DNA of 64,000 nucleotides. Source: Myxococcota bacterium. Its GTDB lineage: Bacteria; Myxococcota_A; SURF-8. Each line of letters starts with the position of its first letter. The first letter of the stretch is position 1. A program made the position numbers and the translations under genes. The notes beneath the pieces are model-generated. The model did not search any database, was not told where the DNA came from, and saw nothing but the letters and a program-made list of their open reading frames with translations. The DNA lies in contig OZ223209.1 in assembly GCA_965140415.1 (NCBI GenBank), positions 1,568,001 to 1,632,000 on the forward strand, given 5' to 3'. This document shows, piece by piece, positions 1 to 9,609 of this stretch.

Positions 1-2
1 GA

Positions 3-2435
3 GTGAAGTGGGTGGGCGTTTTCGGAGAGGCGATAGAGGACGATCATGGAGAGATCGTTGCATATGAAGGATTCGCCACGGATATCTCACAGCGAATCAG
101 CGCTCAATTGGCGTTGACGGAAAGTGAGGAGCGTTTCCGAGGCATTGTAGAAAACGCCAACGATATCATTTTCACAACGGATGGAAATGGCAATCTTTTA
201 TATGTCTCGAACAAGTGGACCCAGCTTCTCGGACAGCAAGCTTCCGATTTGATCGGCCATTCGGTGTTTGAATTCATTCATTCTGAAGATGTGGTTATGT
301 TCCGCAACGGTTTACTGGAAACGCAGACCAAGGATGCCTCGCGTCCGAGCATCGAGTGCCGCTTTCAAAATAAGGATGATGCCAGTCGCTGGATGATGAT
401 CAATTCAAGTATTATTCAGCAGCAGCCACACGGTCGTATCCTGTTGGCGATTGCCCATGACATTACCGAGCGCCGGTTAAACGAAGAAGCAATCCGTAAA
501 AGTGAAGCACAATATCGCTTGTTGGCGGACAATGCCACGGACATTATCTTTACGACGGACATGGCGGGGCGATTGACCTATGTCAGCCCGTCGGTGAAGT
601 ATCTTCTGGGATATCAACCGGAAGAAGTGCTTTCCATGGACGGCTTGGCGTTTTTAAGCCTCAAGTCTCGACGACATTTCCTGGAAGTGATGGAAAAGGA
701 GTTCTTACAAAAGGAAAACTCCGAATCCCAGCAGCCGCATACCGTAACCTTGACGCTAAGAGCGATGGGGCGTGCCGGAGAATCGAAATGGCTGGAAATC
801 ACCACTCGAAGTTTATATGACCCGCAGGATGGAAAGCCGATCGGATTGATCGGAGCGACACGCGACGTAACCGAAACCCGATTTGTACAGGACGCGCTCC
901 AAAAGGAACGGGATTTCGTTGCTGGTATCTTCGAGAATTCCGCAGCACTGGTTACCGTGCTGGATCAGGAAGGGAAGATCATTCGCTTCAATCGTGCCTG
1001 CGAGGAACTTTCGGGCTATCGGCTCAAGGATGTGAAAGATCGTTTCCTCTGGGATACCTTGATGCTCTCGGAAGAAACCGATCGAATGAAAGTGATTTTC
1101 CGAAAGCTGAAAAACAAGGAGAAGCACGAAACTCCGATCAACCACTGGGTCACTCGCAAGGGAATCAAGCGGTTAATCACCTGGTCTACCACCGCCCATT
1201 TCGATGCCTATGGGCAAGTCGACTACGTGACCCTGGTCGGAATCGACATCACCGATCGTCATAAGGCGGAAGAAGAAAAAGCTCGTTTGGAAGAACAGTT
1301 GCACCAATCCCGCAAAATGGATGCCTTGGGTACACTGGCTGGAGGGATTGCGCATGATTTCAACAATATTCTAGGGATTATCATGGGTTGTACTGAAATG
1401 GCGCAAGATGAGTTGCCCAAAGATAATCCCAGCCAGGAAGATCTCAATCAGATTCTTTCGGCAAGCCGAAGAGCGCGCGATCTGGTCGGACAGATTCTGG
1501 CGTTCAGTCGACAGAAGAAAGTGGAAAAGATCCCGGTCGATATGCGCATCATTGTCAAAGAGACTCTGAAGATGTTGCGCGCCTCATTGCCGTCAACCAT
1601 CGAGATCATTCAGGATATTTCTCCGGCTCCTTGCATTATCGAAGCCGATCCAACCCAGATTCATCAGATTCTAATCAATCTGGTCACCAACGCTTCTCAC
1701 GCCATGAAAGAAGAAGGCGGCGAACTCGATATCGTATTTGGGGAAGTGGTGTTGGATGAAGAATCCGCCCGGCATTTGCAAATTCCCCAATCCGGTCCCT
1801 TTGCCAGATTGGTCGTGAAAGATTCCGGTCATGGAATGAGCGGAGAAGTGCAGCAGCGCATTTTCGAACCTTTCTATACCACCAAGGATCTTCAGGACGG
1901 TACCGGACTGGGATTATCGGTGGTTCATGGAATCGTCCAAGATCACTATGGCGTAATCAATGTGAATTCCGAAGTGAATGTCGGTTCCACGTTTGAAGTT
2001 TACTTGCCGATTTTTGAAGGTCAGGTGCAGGAAAGCAACCTCGAAGACCATATGCCCTATCTGGGTAATGAAAGAATTCTCCTGGTCGATGATGAGGAAG
2101 GCCTGGTTCGGATGAGCCAGCGCATGTTGAAGCGTTTGGGATATTTCGTTACCAGCGAAACCAGTAGCGAGAAAGCATTGAATATTTTCAAGGAAGCTCC
2201 TGATCGCTTCGATCTTGTGATTACGGACAACACGATGCCTCGTATGACGGGAATTCGTTTATCGGAAGAGATTCTTAAGATTAGACAGGATATTCCCATT
2301 ATCATGGCCAGCGGTTATGGTGATCGCAATATGCTGGAGCAAGCGGAAGTAATTGGGATCAAAGAATTTCTTTTCAAACCTTTGACGGTGCATGATACTG
2401 CTCGAACGATTCGGCGTATCTTGGATGACAGGTAA
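3..2435 (+). CDS. Multi-PAS hybrid sensor histidine kinase/response regulator (5' end truncated by the window edge)
   Basis: At least three PAS/PAC repeats, H-box LAGGIAHDFNN, ATPase boxes DSGHG and GTGLGL, C-terminal receiver (LLVDDE...LVITDNTMP...FKP). Confidence 0.93.
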   Translation: MKWVGVFGEAIEDDHGEIVAYEGFATDISQRISAQLALTESEERFRGIVENANDIIFTTDGNGNLLYVSNKWTQLLGQQASDLIGHSVFEFIHSEDVVMFRNGLLETQTKDASRPSIECRFQNKDDASRWMMINSSIIQQQPHGRILLAIAHDITERRLNEEAIRKSEAQYRLLADNATDIIFTTDMAGRLTYVSPSVKYLLGYQPEEVLSMDGLAFLSLKSRRHFLEVMEKEFLQKENSESQQPHTVTLTLRAMGRAGESKWLEITTRSLYDPQDGKPIGLIGATRDVTETRFVQDALQKERDFVAGIFENSAALVTVLDQEGKIIRFNRACEELSGYRLKDVKDRFLWDTLMLSEETDRMKVIFRKLKNKEKHETPINHWVTRKGIKRLITWSTTAHFDAYGQVDYVTLVGIDITDRHKAEEEKARLEEQLHQSRKMDALGTLAGGIAHDFNNILGIIMGCTEMAQDELPKDNPSQEDLNQILSASRRARDLVGQILAFSRQKKVEKIPVDMRIIVKETLKMLRASLPSTIEIIQDISPAPCIIEADPTQIHQILINLVTNASHAMKEEGGELDIVFGEVVLDEESARHLQIPQSGPFARLVVKDSGHGMSGEVQQRIFEPFYTTKDLQDGTGLGLSVVHGIVQDHYGVINVNSEVNVGSTFEVYLPIFEGQVQESNLEDHMPYLGNERILLVDDEEGLVRMSQRMLKRLGYFVTSETSSEKALNIFKEAPDRFDLVITDNTMPRMTGIRLSEEILKIRQDIPIIMASGYGDRNMLEQAEVIGIKEFLFKPLTVHDTARTIRRILDDR

Positions 2436-2458
2436 AAGGGGAGGTAGGTTTTAATTCA

Positions 2459-3895
2459 ATGGCGAATATTCTGATCATTGATGACGATCGGATGATGGCG
2501 GAGATGCTCTCGCGCAAAGTGAGCCGTCTGGGGCATGGTTGTCAGATGGTGTTTACTTTGTCCGAAGGACTTAAGCAACTGGAGACGGAAGCGTTCGATG
2601 TCGTGTTTCTCGATGTCGGGTTACCGGACGGCAATGGGCTGGACATTCTTCCTGATATCAATGCGATCCCAAACGCTCCGGAAGTGGTGATCATTACCGG
2701 GGCTGGCGATCCCGACGGTGCCGAGTTGGCGATCCAGAGCGGGGTATGGGACTACATCGAAAAAGCCTCTTCGCTAAATGCCATGATTCTTCCATTGACC
2801 CGTGCTTTGCAGTATCGAGAAGAAAAGCAGCAGCGAAAAGCTCCGATGGTACTGCTGCGTGAGGGGATTATCGGCAATAGCCCTCAGATTCGTTCCATGC
2901 TGGAAATGGTAGCGCAGGCGGCCACAACGGACACAAACGTATTGATTACGGGAGAAACGGGAACCGGCAAGGAATTGTTCGCCAATGCCATTCACCTGAA
3001 CAGTACCCGTGCAGATCAGAATTTTGTTGTGGTTGATTGTGCCGCCTTACCGGATACGCTGGTGGAAAGCATGCTGTTTGGGCATGTCAAAGGAGCGTTC
3101 ACCGGCGCGGATAAAAGTCGTGAAGGTTTGATCTTGCAGGCAGATGGGGGCACGCTATTTTTGGATGAAATCGGTGAGTTGCCGATGTCGTTGCAGAAAG
3201 CGTTTTTGCGTGTGTTACAAGAAAGACGCTTTCGCCCGATCGGCAGTCACAGCGAGGTCACCAGTAATTTTCGTCTGATTGCCGCCACAAACCGGAACTT
3301 GCAGGAAATGGTGCAAGCAGGCTCTTTCAGAGAAGATCTGCTTTTCCGCTTGCGCTCTTTCCCCATTGAACTGCCTCCTTTACGTGTTCGCAAATCCGAC
3401 ATTAAAGATCTGATTGTTCATTACAGCAGCAAAATTTGTGAGAAATTCAATATTCCTCCCAAAGGGTTTTCACCGGAATTATTGGAAATTCTGACTTCCT
3501 ACGACTGGCCTGGGAATGTTCGGGAATTCATCAATACACTGGAGCGCGGAATCACCGCTGCCTACCAGGATCATATCATTTATCCGAAACATCTGCCGAC
3601 CCATTTTCGCGTACATATAGCGCGTTCCTCGGTTGAACAGGGACAGGTGCAGGCTCAGGCTCAGGTCCAGACAGAGGAAATAAGTGGTACCGGTTTGCTG
3701 CAATCGGATCGATTTCCTTCCTATAAAGAGTACAGGGAGCAAGTGATTGCGGATATGGACCAACGGTATCTTCAAGATCTGATGACCCTGGCGAAGTCCG
3801 ATATTAAAGAAGCTTGTCGCTTGGCTGACCTGTCGCGTTCTCGGTTGTACAGTTTGCTCAAAGCTCAAGGCTTCACCGATCGCAACGACGATTAA
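2459..3895 (+). CDS. Sigma54-dependent NtrC/Fis-family response regulator (REC-AAA+-HTH)
   Basis: N-terminal receiver, Walker A GETGTGKE, GAFTGA loop, LFLDEIGE, WPGNVRE and a C-terminal HTH. RBS GGAGG upstream. Confidence 0.95.
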   Translation: MANILIIDDDRMMAEMLSRKVSRLGHGCQMVFTLSEGLKQLETEAFDVVFLDVGLPDGNGLDILPDINAIPNAPEVVIITGAGDPDGAELAIQSGVWDYIEKASSLNAMILPLTRALQYREEKQQRKAPMVLLREGIIGNSPQIRSMLEMVAQAATTDTNVLITGETGTGKELFANAIHLNSTRADQNFVVVDCAALPDTLVESMLFGHVKGAFTGADKSREGLILQADGGTLFLDEIGELPMSLQKAFLRVLQERRFRPIGSHSEVTSNFRLIAATNRNLQEMVQAGSFREDLLFRLRSFPIELPPLRVRKSDIKDLIVHYSSKICEKFNIPPKGFSPELLEILTSYDWPGNVREFINTLERGITAAYQDHIIYPKHLPTHFRVHIARSSVEQGQVQAQAQVQTEEISGTGLLQSDRFPSYKEYREQVIADMDQRYLQDLMTLAKSDIKEACRLADLSRSRLYSLLKAQGFTDRNDD

Positions 3896-3941
3896 TTCTC
3901 CTGTGATTTTTGCTTGTTTCCGCGAATAATTCCCCGCGAAA

Positions 3942-4019
3942 GTCCATCATTCAAAGACACTGTCTTCTTTCATAAGACGTTATCTGTCCAGCTAATGTGG
4001 ATGTGAACCGAATTAAGAC
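3942..4019. promoter_or_regulatory. Candidate enhancer (UAS): tandem GTC-N11-GAC dyads
   Basis: GTC-N11-GAC at 3942-3958 and 3962-3978, and a variant GTG-N11-GAC at 4003-4019, about 200-250 bp upstream of a -24/-12 element. Confidence 0.45.
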
Positions 4020-4198
4020 GACGAGTTGCTCGTTACTAGCATCAAGAAAACGCAGGACGTGCGTGTTTTGTGCTTTTGGGTGGATGTCTTAACTTGTTGT
4101 AAATATTTATTATTATATCTTTTTATTGAATGCGCGTATCTCGATCAGGTGTGAAAGTACCCCGCTGAGAATTAGCTTTCCCTTTCATGCGCTCAAGT

Positions 4199-4214
4199 TG
4201 GCCCGGAAGTTGCT
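4199..4214 (+). promoter_or_regulatory. Sigma54 (-24/-12) promoter
   Basis: TGGCCCGGAAGTTGCT matches TGGCACG-N4-TTGCW with exact GG/GC spacing. It lies 54 bp before the ORF at 4268, after an AT-rich tract, and directly downstream of a bEBP gene. Confidence 0.8.
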
Positions 4215-4267
4215 TATTGCTTATTACCGAGCAGTAAATTTGACTTCTTGAAGGAAAGGCCCAGCAG

Positions 4268-4639
4268 ATGACGATACTCGCACTAATCCCGAAAGAGACT
4301 TATTCTGGAGAGCGATTACGGTCTGTACTGGAAAACGGCCAAGATCAAACTTACCTGGAAACCTTCGATACAATCGAAACCTTTTTATCGCGAACCCATC
4401 AATACCTCGAGCCGGGCAGCATCGGTGTGTTACTGGCGAAATCCGATGATGACCTGACCGAACTGGCTGTTGTTGCGGATCGCTTGAATTCACTTACACT
4501 GCTGTTGGTAATTCCCAGTACGGAAAAACATATCGTCTCGCTTGCACACAAGTTGCGACCAAGATACCTGACCAGTTTCGACGATGACTTTCGTGAATTA
4601 AGTAATGTCCTGAATCATTTAGTGAATCGTAACAATTAA
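4268..4639 (+). CDS. Small hypothetical protein, possibly a degenerate receiver-like alpha/beta fold
   Basis: 123-aa ORF right after the sigma54 promoter, co-oriented with the MCP. Alternating beta/alpha pattern but no canonical DD/D/K set. Confidence 0.65.
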   Translation: MTILALIPKETYSGERLRSVLENGQDQTYLETFDTIETFLSRTHQYLEPGSIGVLLAKSDDDLTELAVVADRLNSLTLLLVIPSTEKHIVSLAHKLRPRYLTSFDDDFRELSNVLNHLVNRNN

Positions 4640-4666
4640 TAATTACCAGGGGAAAAGGAAAACGAC

Positions 4667-7591
4667 ATGTTGCAATTAAGAAGCGTCAAATCCAAGATTA
4701 TCCTTTTGAGTGTTTCAGCCATTGTGCTGGTGGCGGTTGCCATGGTTGGCATCATTGTTTATCAGAAGGGGGGACTCAAGGAGGATATCGGGCAGGAACT
4801 GGATGAACTGGCCCGCAACGAAACCAGCAAGATCGCCAAGGATGTCTACTTGATGGCGCGTGCCACACAAGAGTCGTTGGATATGCAACTCTCCCACAAC
4901 TTGAAAGTGATCGAGAACGAATTAAATAGAGCAGGTGTGCAGCTTTCCTATGAAAAGGTACAGTGGAATGCCATCAATCAGGAAAGCAAATCCGGCCGAA
5001 TGGTTGAACTGCCCAAAATGCTGGTTGGCAATACTTGGTTAGGACAAAACCGTGAGCTTTCCGAAAAAAGCCCGGTCGTTGATGACATCATTAATCTTAT
5101 CGGAGGGACACTCACCATTTTCCAACGCATGAACGATGCCGGTGAAATGCTGCGAGTCTCGACGAATGTGGTCAACGAACGCGGCGAACGGGCGATTGGG
5201 ACCTACGTTCCTGCGGTAAAGAGCGATGGCTCCCCCAATCCCGTTATTGCTGCGATCAAGAACGGACAGACTTACAGGGGTAAGATCTATTTACTGGGTA
5301 GCATGTATCTGACGGCTTACGGCCCCATCTTCGATAAGCAACACAATGTTGTGGGTATGGCAGTGGCGGCCATCAAGCAGGAGGATATCAGCAGCTTGCG
5401 CAAGGGTATTATGGATGTGGTCGTTGGAAAAACCGGATACGTCTTCGTTCTGGGCGGGTCGGGTCAGCAGAAAGGTGAATACATCATCTCCGCAGGCGGC
5501 AAGCGCGATGGTGAAAATATCTATGATGCCAAAGATAGCAATGGCGAATACTTCATTCACGATGTCGTCGACAAAGCGGTTGCCACCAGCAAAGGCTCGG
5601 TCGATTTCGTACGCTACCCATGGAAGAACGAGGGCGATGCTGAAGCCCGATACAAACTTACGGCTGTCACGTACTTTGAGGAATGGGATTGGGTTATCGG
5701 TGCGGGTGCTTACGAAGATGATTTCCATGCCGCCAAGGCGCGAGTGGATAATTCTCTCGGTCGCATGATCGCTTGGGGTGTCGGTGGCGCGATTCTCATG
5801 CTGATCCTGGCAAGCGTTGCTTCATTATTGGTTTCCAACCGCATTACCAAACCGTTGGTGAAGATGGTGGAAGTGGCTAATGCGCTGGCGGAAGGTGACA
5901 TTGAACAGGAGGTGGAAGTTACCAGTAAAGATGAGGTGGGTGAACTGGGAGAAGCCTTCCAGAAGATGATAGAAGCGCAGAAAACAATGGTGCTGGCTGC
6001 TCAGAGCGTGAGTAGCGGTGATACGGATGTGGTCATCAGTCCGCGCTCCGGCAAAGATCTACTGGCGATCTCTCTACGCGACATGGTGCAGGTCATCCAG
6101 AAGTTGCTTGGTGAAACCAATGGTTTGATTCAGGCCGTGCAGAATGGCGATCTCTCCAAACGCGGCCAGGCGGATAACTTCCAGGGTGGTTACAAAGATC
6201 TGGTTGGTGGGATCAACAACTTGGTCGAAGCATTCGTCAATCCCATCACGATGACGATGAACTATGTGGAACGCATTGCCGCTGGTGACATTCCTGAGAA
6301 AATCACCGATGAGTACCGTGGCGATTTCAACAAGATCAAGAATGCTCTCAATACCTGTGTGGATGCGGTCGGTCTGTTAGTTGTGGATATGCAGGATCTG
6401 GTTACCGCCGCCTTGGATGGCGACTTGTCCAAGCGTGCCGATGCGAAACGTCACAATGGCGACTTTGCCAAGATCGTCAATGGTGTCAATGAAACCTTGA
6501 ACGCCGTAATCGAGCCGATTCGTGAATCCGGGGATGTGCTGGATAAATTGGCCAACCGCGATTTGACTGCGCGTGTAACCGGTGACTATCGCGGCGATCA
6601 TGCCAATATCAAGAATTCGCTGAATATTATGGCCGAGGCCCTGCACGATGCCATGGGCATGGTTGCGGATGCTTCCGACCAGGTGGCCAGCGCCAGTAAC
6701 CAGATTGCATCCTCCAGTCAGGCTGTGGCCGAGGGTGCCAGCGAGCAGGCCAGTTCTCTGGAAGAAACCTCCAGTAGCCTGGAAGAAATGGCCAGCATGA
6801 CCAAGCAGAACGCGGAAAACTCCAACCAGGGTAACGCGATGGCCAAATCGACGCGCCAGGCCGCTAATGACGGTAAAGAAGAGATGGTGCGCATGATGGA
6901 GGCCATGAAGCAGATCCGCGAAGCGGCGGAAGGTACTTCTGCAATCATTCGCGACATCAATGAAATCGCATTCCAGACCAACCTGCTGGCCCTGAATGCC
7001 GCCGTCGAAGCGGCTCGGGCGGGTGAAGCGGGCCGCGGGTTCGCAGTGGTCGCCGAAGAAGTTCGTAACCTGGCTCTGCGCAGCAAAGACGCCGCACAGA
7101 AGACCGAGGAACTCATTCATCAATCGGTGCAGCTCTCCGAGAACGGTGAATCCATTTCCAAATCGGTCAGCGACAAGCTGATGGAGATCACCGAGTCGGT
7201 TGGTAAAGTGACGGAGATCGTCGGAGAAATCGCCACTGCCAGCAACGAGCAATCACGTGGTATCGAGCAGGTCAACCTGGCCGTCGCTCAAATGGACAAG
7301 GTTACGCAGCAGAATGCCGCCAACTCGGAAGAATCTTCCAGCGCGGCAGAGGAGCTGTCCAGTCAGGCGCAGGAACTGGCCAGCATGGTCGCACAGTTCA
7401 CGCTCGCACGCCGTGGCGGTAGTGGTGCCAAGAAAATTTCAGGACCGACAGGCGGCGCACCAAGCAAACCGAAAGCTCAGAAACCCAAGAGTAACAACGG
7501 TGAACTGAGCACCTCCAGAGGTGACGGCATTCGCCTAGCCCCGGAAGACATCATCCCCTTGGACGATGATCCTGATTTCAAAGAATTCTAG
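4667..7591 (+). CDS. Methyl-accepting chemotaxis protein (Cache sensor, multiple HAMP domains, C-terminal pentapeptide)
   Basis: Two TM helices flank a Cache-like region ([12 protein letters not shown]). Repeated HAMP segments, signalling hairpin [34 protein letters not shown], and a linker ending in DFKEF (NWETF-like). Confidence 0.96.
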   Translation: MLQLRSVKSKIILLSVSAIVLVAVAMVGIIVYQKGGLKEDIGQELDELARNETSKIAKDVYLMARATQESLDMQLSHNLKVIENELNRAGVQLSYEKVQWNAINQESKSGRMVELPKMLVGNTWLGQNRELSEKSPVVDDIINLIGGTLTIFQRMNDAGEMLRVSTNVVNERGERAIGTYVPAVKSDGSPNPVIAAIKNGQTYRGKIYLLGSMYLTAYGPIFDKQHNVVGMAVAAIKQEDISSLRKGIMDVVVGKTGYVFVLGGSGQQKGEYIISAGGKRDGENIYDAKDSNGEYFIHDVVDKAVATSKGSVDFVRYPWKNEGDAEARYKLTAVTYFEEWDWVIGAGAYEDDFHAAKARVDNSLGRMIAWGVGGAILMLILASVASLLVSNRITKPLVKMVEVANALAEGDIEQEVEVTSKDEVGELGEAFQKMIEAQKTMVLAAQSVSSGDTDVVISPRSGKDLLAISLRDMVQVIQKLLGETNGLIQAVQNGDLSKRGQADNFQGGYKDLVGGINNLVEAFVNPITMTMNYVERIAAGDIPEKITDEYRGDFNKIKNALNTCVDAVGLLVVDMQDLVTAALDGDLSKRADAKRHNGDFAKIVNGVNETLNAVIEPIRESGDVLDKLANRDLTARVTGDYRGDHANIKNSLNIMAEALHDAMGMVADASDQVASASNQIASSSQAVAEGASEQASSLEETSSSLEEMASMTKQNAENSNQGNAMAKSTRQAANDGKEEMVRMMEAMKQIREAAEGTSAIIRDINEIAFQTNLLALNAAVEAARAGEAGRGFAVVAEEVRNLALRSKDAAQKTEELIHQSVQLSENGESISKSVSDKLMEITESVGKVTEIVGEIATASNEQSRGIEQVNLAVAQMDKVTQQNAANSEESSSAAEELSSQAQELASMVAQFTLARRGGSGAKKISGPTGGAPSKPKAQKPKSNNGELSTSRGDGIRLAPEDIIPLDDDPDFKEF

Positions 7592-7599
7592 GTCACTTC

Positions 7600-7631
7600 A
7601 TCGGGTAGGACTCGAAAGAGTCCTACCCGAT
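7600..7631 (+). terminator. Hairpin after the MCP gene (probable terminator)
   Basis: Perfect 14-bp stem ATCGGGTAGGACTC-GAAA-GAGTCCTACCCGAT. The U-tract is weak. Confidence 0.65.
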
Positions 7632-7665
7632 TCGTTTATGCGCAAAAATAGAAATATTATCCGGA

Positions 7666-9408
7666 ATGGAGCCGAACATGTGTGTGCCGGAAAAACAACC
7701 TGAATTTGTGCAGAGCAAGAAACAGCACACTGCCATTGATGACAATTGTGATCGTGCAACCGATCGTTCCGGCGAGTTGACTGCTACTATGGAAACGAAT
7801 ACGAACGAGACCGAATCTGTTCCCACAGTTGAGAATATTCAAGCGATTGGCCTGGAAATTTTGGATTTCGTTCCCGAACCGATCCTTGCTGTCGATCGCG
7901 ATCATCGAGTGATTGCATGGAATCAAATGATGATGGAATTAACGGGAATTGAAAGTAAGGATATTCTGGGACGAGGGAACTTCGAATACGCTCTTCCTTT
8001 TTACAAAGTACGAAAATCGCTGTTGTTGGATCGCGTGCTGGATCGTTATTTGAGTGACGAATCGAGTACTGAAACGACGATGGCGGATGAGATCGAGAGT
8101 TTTACCGTTTCCGTTCCTGGTCTGGGAAGTTCTCCCCGCCAGGTTGAGGCAACGGCACGTGTTTTACGCGATGCGCAGGGGCGCGTGGCGGGAGCTGTTG
8201 AAGTTATTCGCGATGTAACGGAAAAAAAGCGTATCGAAAAGGAAAAAGAGCAGCTTCAAAATCATATGCTTCATTTCCATAAAATGGAAGCCATCGGTCG
8301 GCTGGCCGGTGGGGTTGCTCACGATTTCAATAATTTGATTACCGCGATTATGGGAAATATTTCGTTGGCTGGCGAGCTGATTGAGGACAATGAGGAATTG
8401 TCCGGTGTGTTGAAGGAAGTATACCGTGCTGCCGATAAAGCGGCGGCATTGACCAGGCAACTGCTTGCATTTTCACGTTCCAAATCGAATTCTCCATCCT
8501 TGCTGAATCTGAATGATGTCATTGAAAGTGGAGAAAATATCATCCACCATCTGATTGGAAAGAACATCACTCTACAAATCAAGCCGGGAAAGTCGATTAA
8601 ACCCGTATACATGGATCCTGTGCAGTTCGAACAGATTCTCGTGAATCTGGTCGTTAATGCCCGTGATGCGATGGAAAGCGGTGGAAAACTGATTGTTGCT
8701 TTAAAAGATGTCATTTTGGATGATGATTATTGTCAGGTTTGGCCGGATATGCAGGCTGGTGAGTATGTGTGTTTGACCGTTGAAGACAACGGTTGCGGTA
8801 TCGAGCCGGATGTGTTGGATAAAATATTTGATCCTTTCTTTACTACAAAAGCTGTGGATAAAGGTTCGGGGTTGGGACTCGCTACCGTTTATGGCATCGT
8901 CAAACAGAGCAGAGGTGCAATCACGGTGGAGTCGACGCCTTCCGTTGGAAGTACGTTCCGTGTGTTTTTTCCAACTTCCGATTCCATTCGTGAACTCAAG
9001 CCCGAATCGATCGGCAAGCCAGAAAAGCCAAGGGAATCCCAATGTGTTCTCCTGGTAGAGGACGATTCCATTATTCGACAGGTGGCGAAAACGATCCTGC
9101 AACGTATCGGTTATCGGGTGTATGAAGCCGGCGACGGCGATGAAGCGATCTATCAATGCCAAAGCATCAAAGAACGGATCGATCTGCTGCTGACCGACAT
9201 TGTCCTTCCGGAATGCAATGGTGTTGAGTTGGCTAAGCAACTGCTCGAGCAACGCCCGGAAATGAAGGTGATTTACACTTCAGGATACACGCACCAGATT
9301 GTTTGCCAGGAAGGTATGATACCCATTGATGCGCCGTTTCTCAGCAAGCCTTATTCAATGGAGAACCTTGCCGAGAAAATTCACCATGTTCTGAATCCTA
9401 TCCAATAA
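7666..9408 (+). CDS. PAS hybrid histidine kinase/response regulator (start uncertain, may be downstream)
   Basis: PAS, LAGGVAHDFNN, DNGCG, GSGLGL and a receiver (LLLTDIVLP...SKP). Confidence 0.92.
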   Translation: MEPNMCVPEKQPEFVQSKKQHTAIDDNCDRATDRSGELTATMETNTNETESVPTVENIQAIGLEILDFVPEPILAVDRDHRVIAWNQMMMELTGIESKDILGRGNFEYALPFYKVRKSLLLDRVLDRYLSDESSTETTMADEIESFTVSVPGLGSSPRQVEATARVLRDAQGRVAGAVEVIRDVTEKKRIEKEKEQLQNHMLHFHKMEAIGRLAGGVAHDFNNLITAIMGNISLAGELIEDNEELSGVLKEVYRAADKAAALTRQLLAFSRSKSNSPSLLNLNDVIESGENIIHHLIGKNITLQIKPGKSIKPVYMDPVQFEQILVNLVVNARDAMESGGKLIVALKDVILDDDYCQVWPDMQAGEYVCLTVEDNGCGIEPDVLDKIFDPFFTTKAVDKGSGLGLATVYGIVKQSRGAITVESTPSVGSTFRVFFPTSDSIRELKPESIGKPEKPRESQCVLLVEDDSIIRQVAKTILQRIGYRVYEAGDGDEAIYQCQSIKERIDLLLTDIVLPECNGVELAKQLLEQRPEMKVIYTSGYTHQIVCQEGMIPIDAPFLSKPYSMENLAEKIHHVLNPIQ

Positions 9409-9478
9409 TTTGCCGATGCTGCGCTTTGGCGCACCTGTCGGCCACTGCTTGAACATTCAAAACTCCCATCCCCCAACT

Positions 9479-9526
9479 CTCCCTTTCCATGAAGGCGCAA
9501 ACCATAAGGTGATCGTGGAAAGGGAG
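9479..9526. repeat. Intergenic inverted repeat (REP-like or terminator-like hairpin)
   Basis: CTCCCTTTCCA...TGGAAAGGGAG 11-bp perfect stem, preceded by a C-rich run. Confidence 0.45.
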
Positions 9527-9609
9527 GGCTCGCCAATTCAATCGGATTGATGAATTCCCTTGCCCCGGCGGATATGCTTGCCTAGGATAACCACAGTTGG
9601 AGGTATTCG

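Noticed and set aside
6377-7252. Long antisense ORFs over real genes (also 16704..17741, 18532..19590, 19606..20718, 43420..44364, 50627..51706, 54616..55554)
   Set aside because: They fully overlap well-supported genes on the other strand, as expected in GC-rich coding DNA.
9479-9526. c-di-GMP-I riboswitch suggested by GCAAACC
   Set aside because: Lacks the GNRA-loop P2 and receptor P3 arrangement; it is a simple hairpin.
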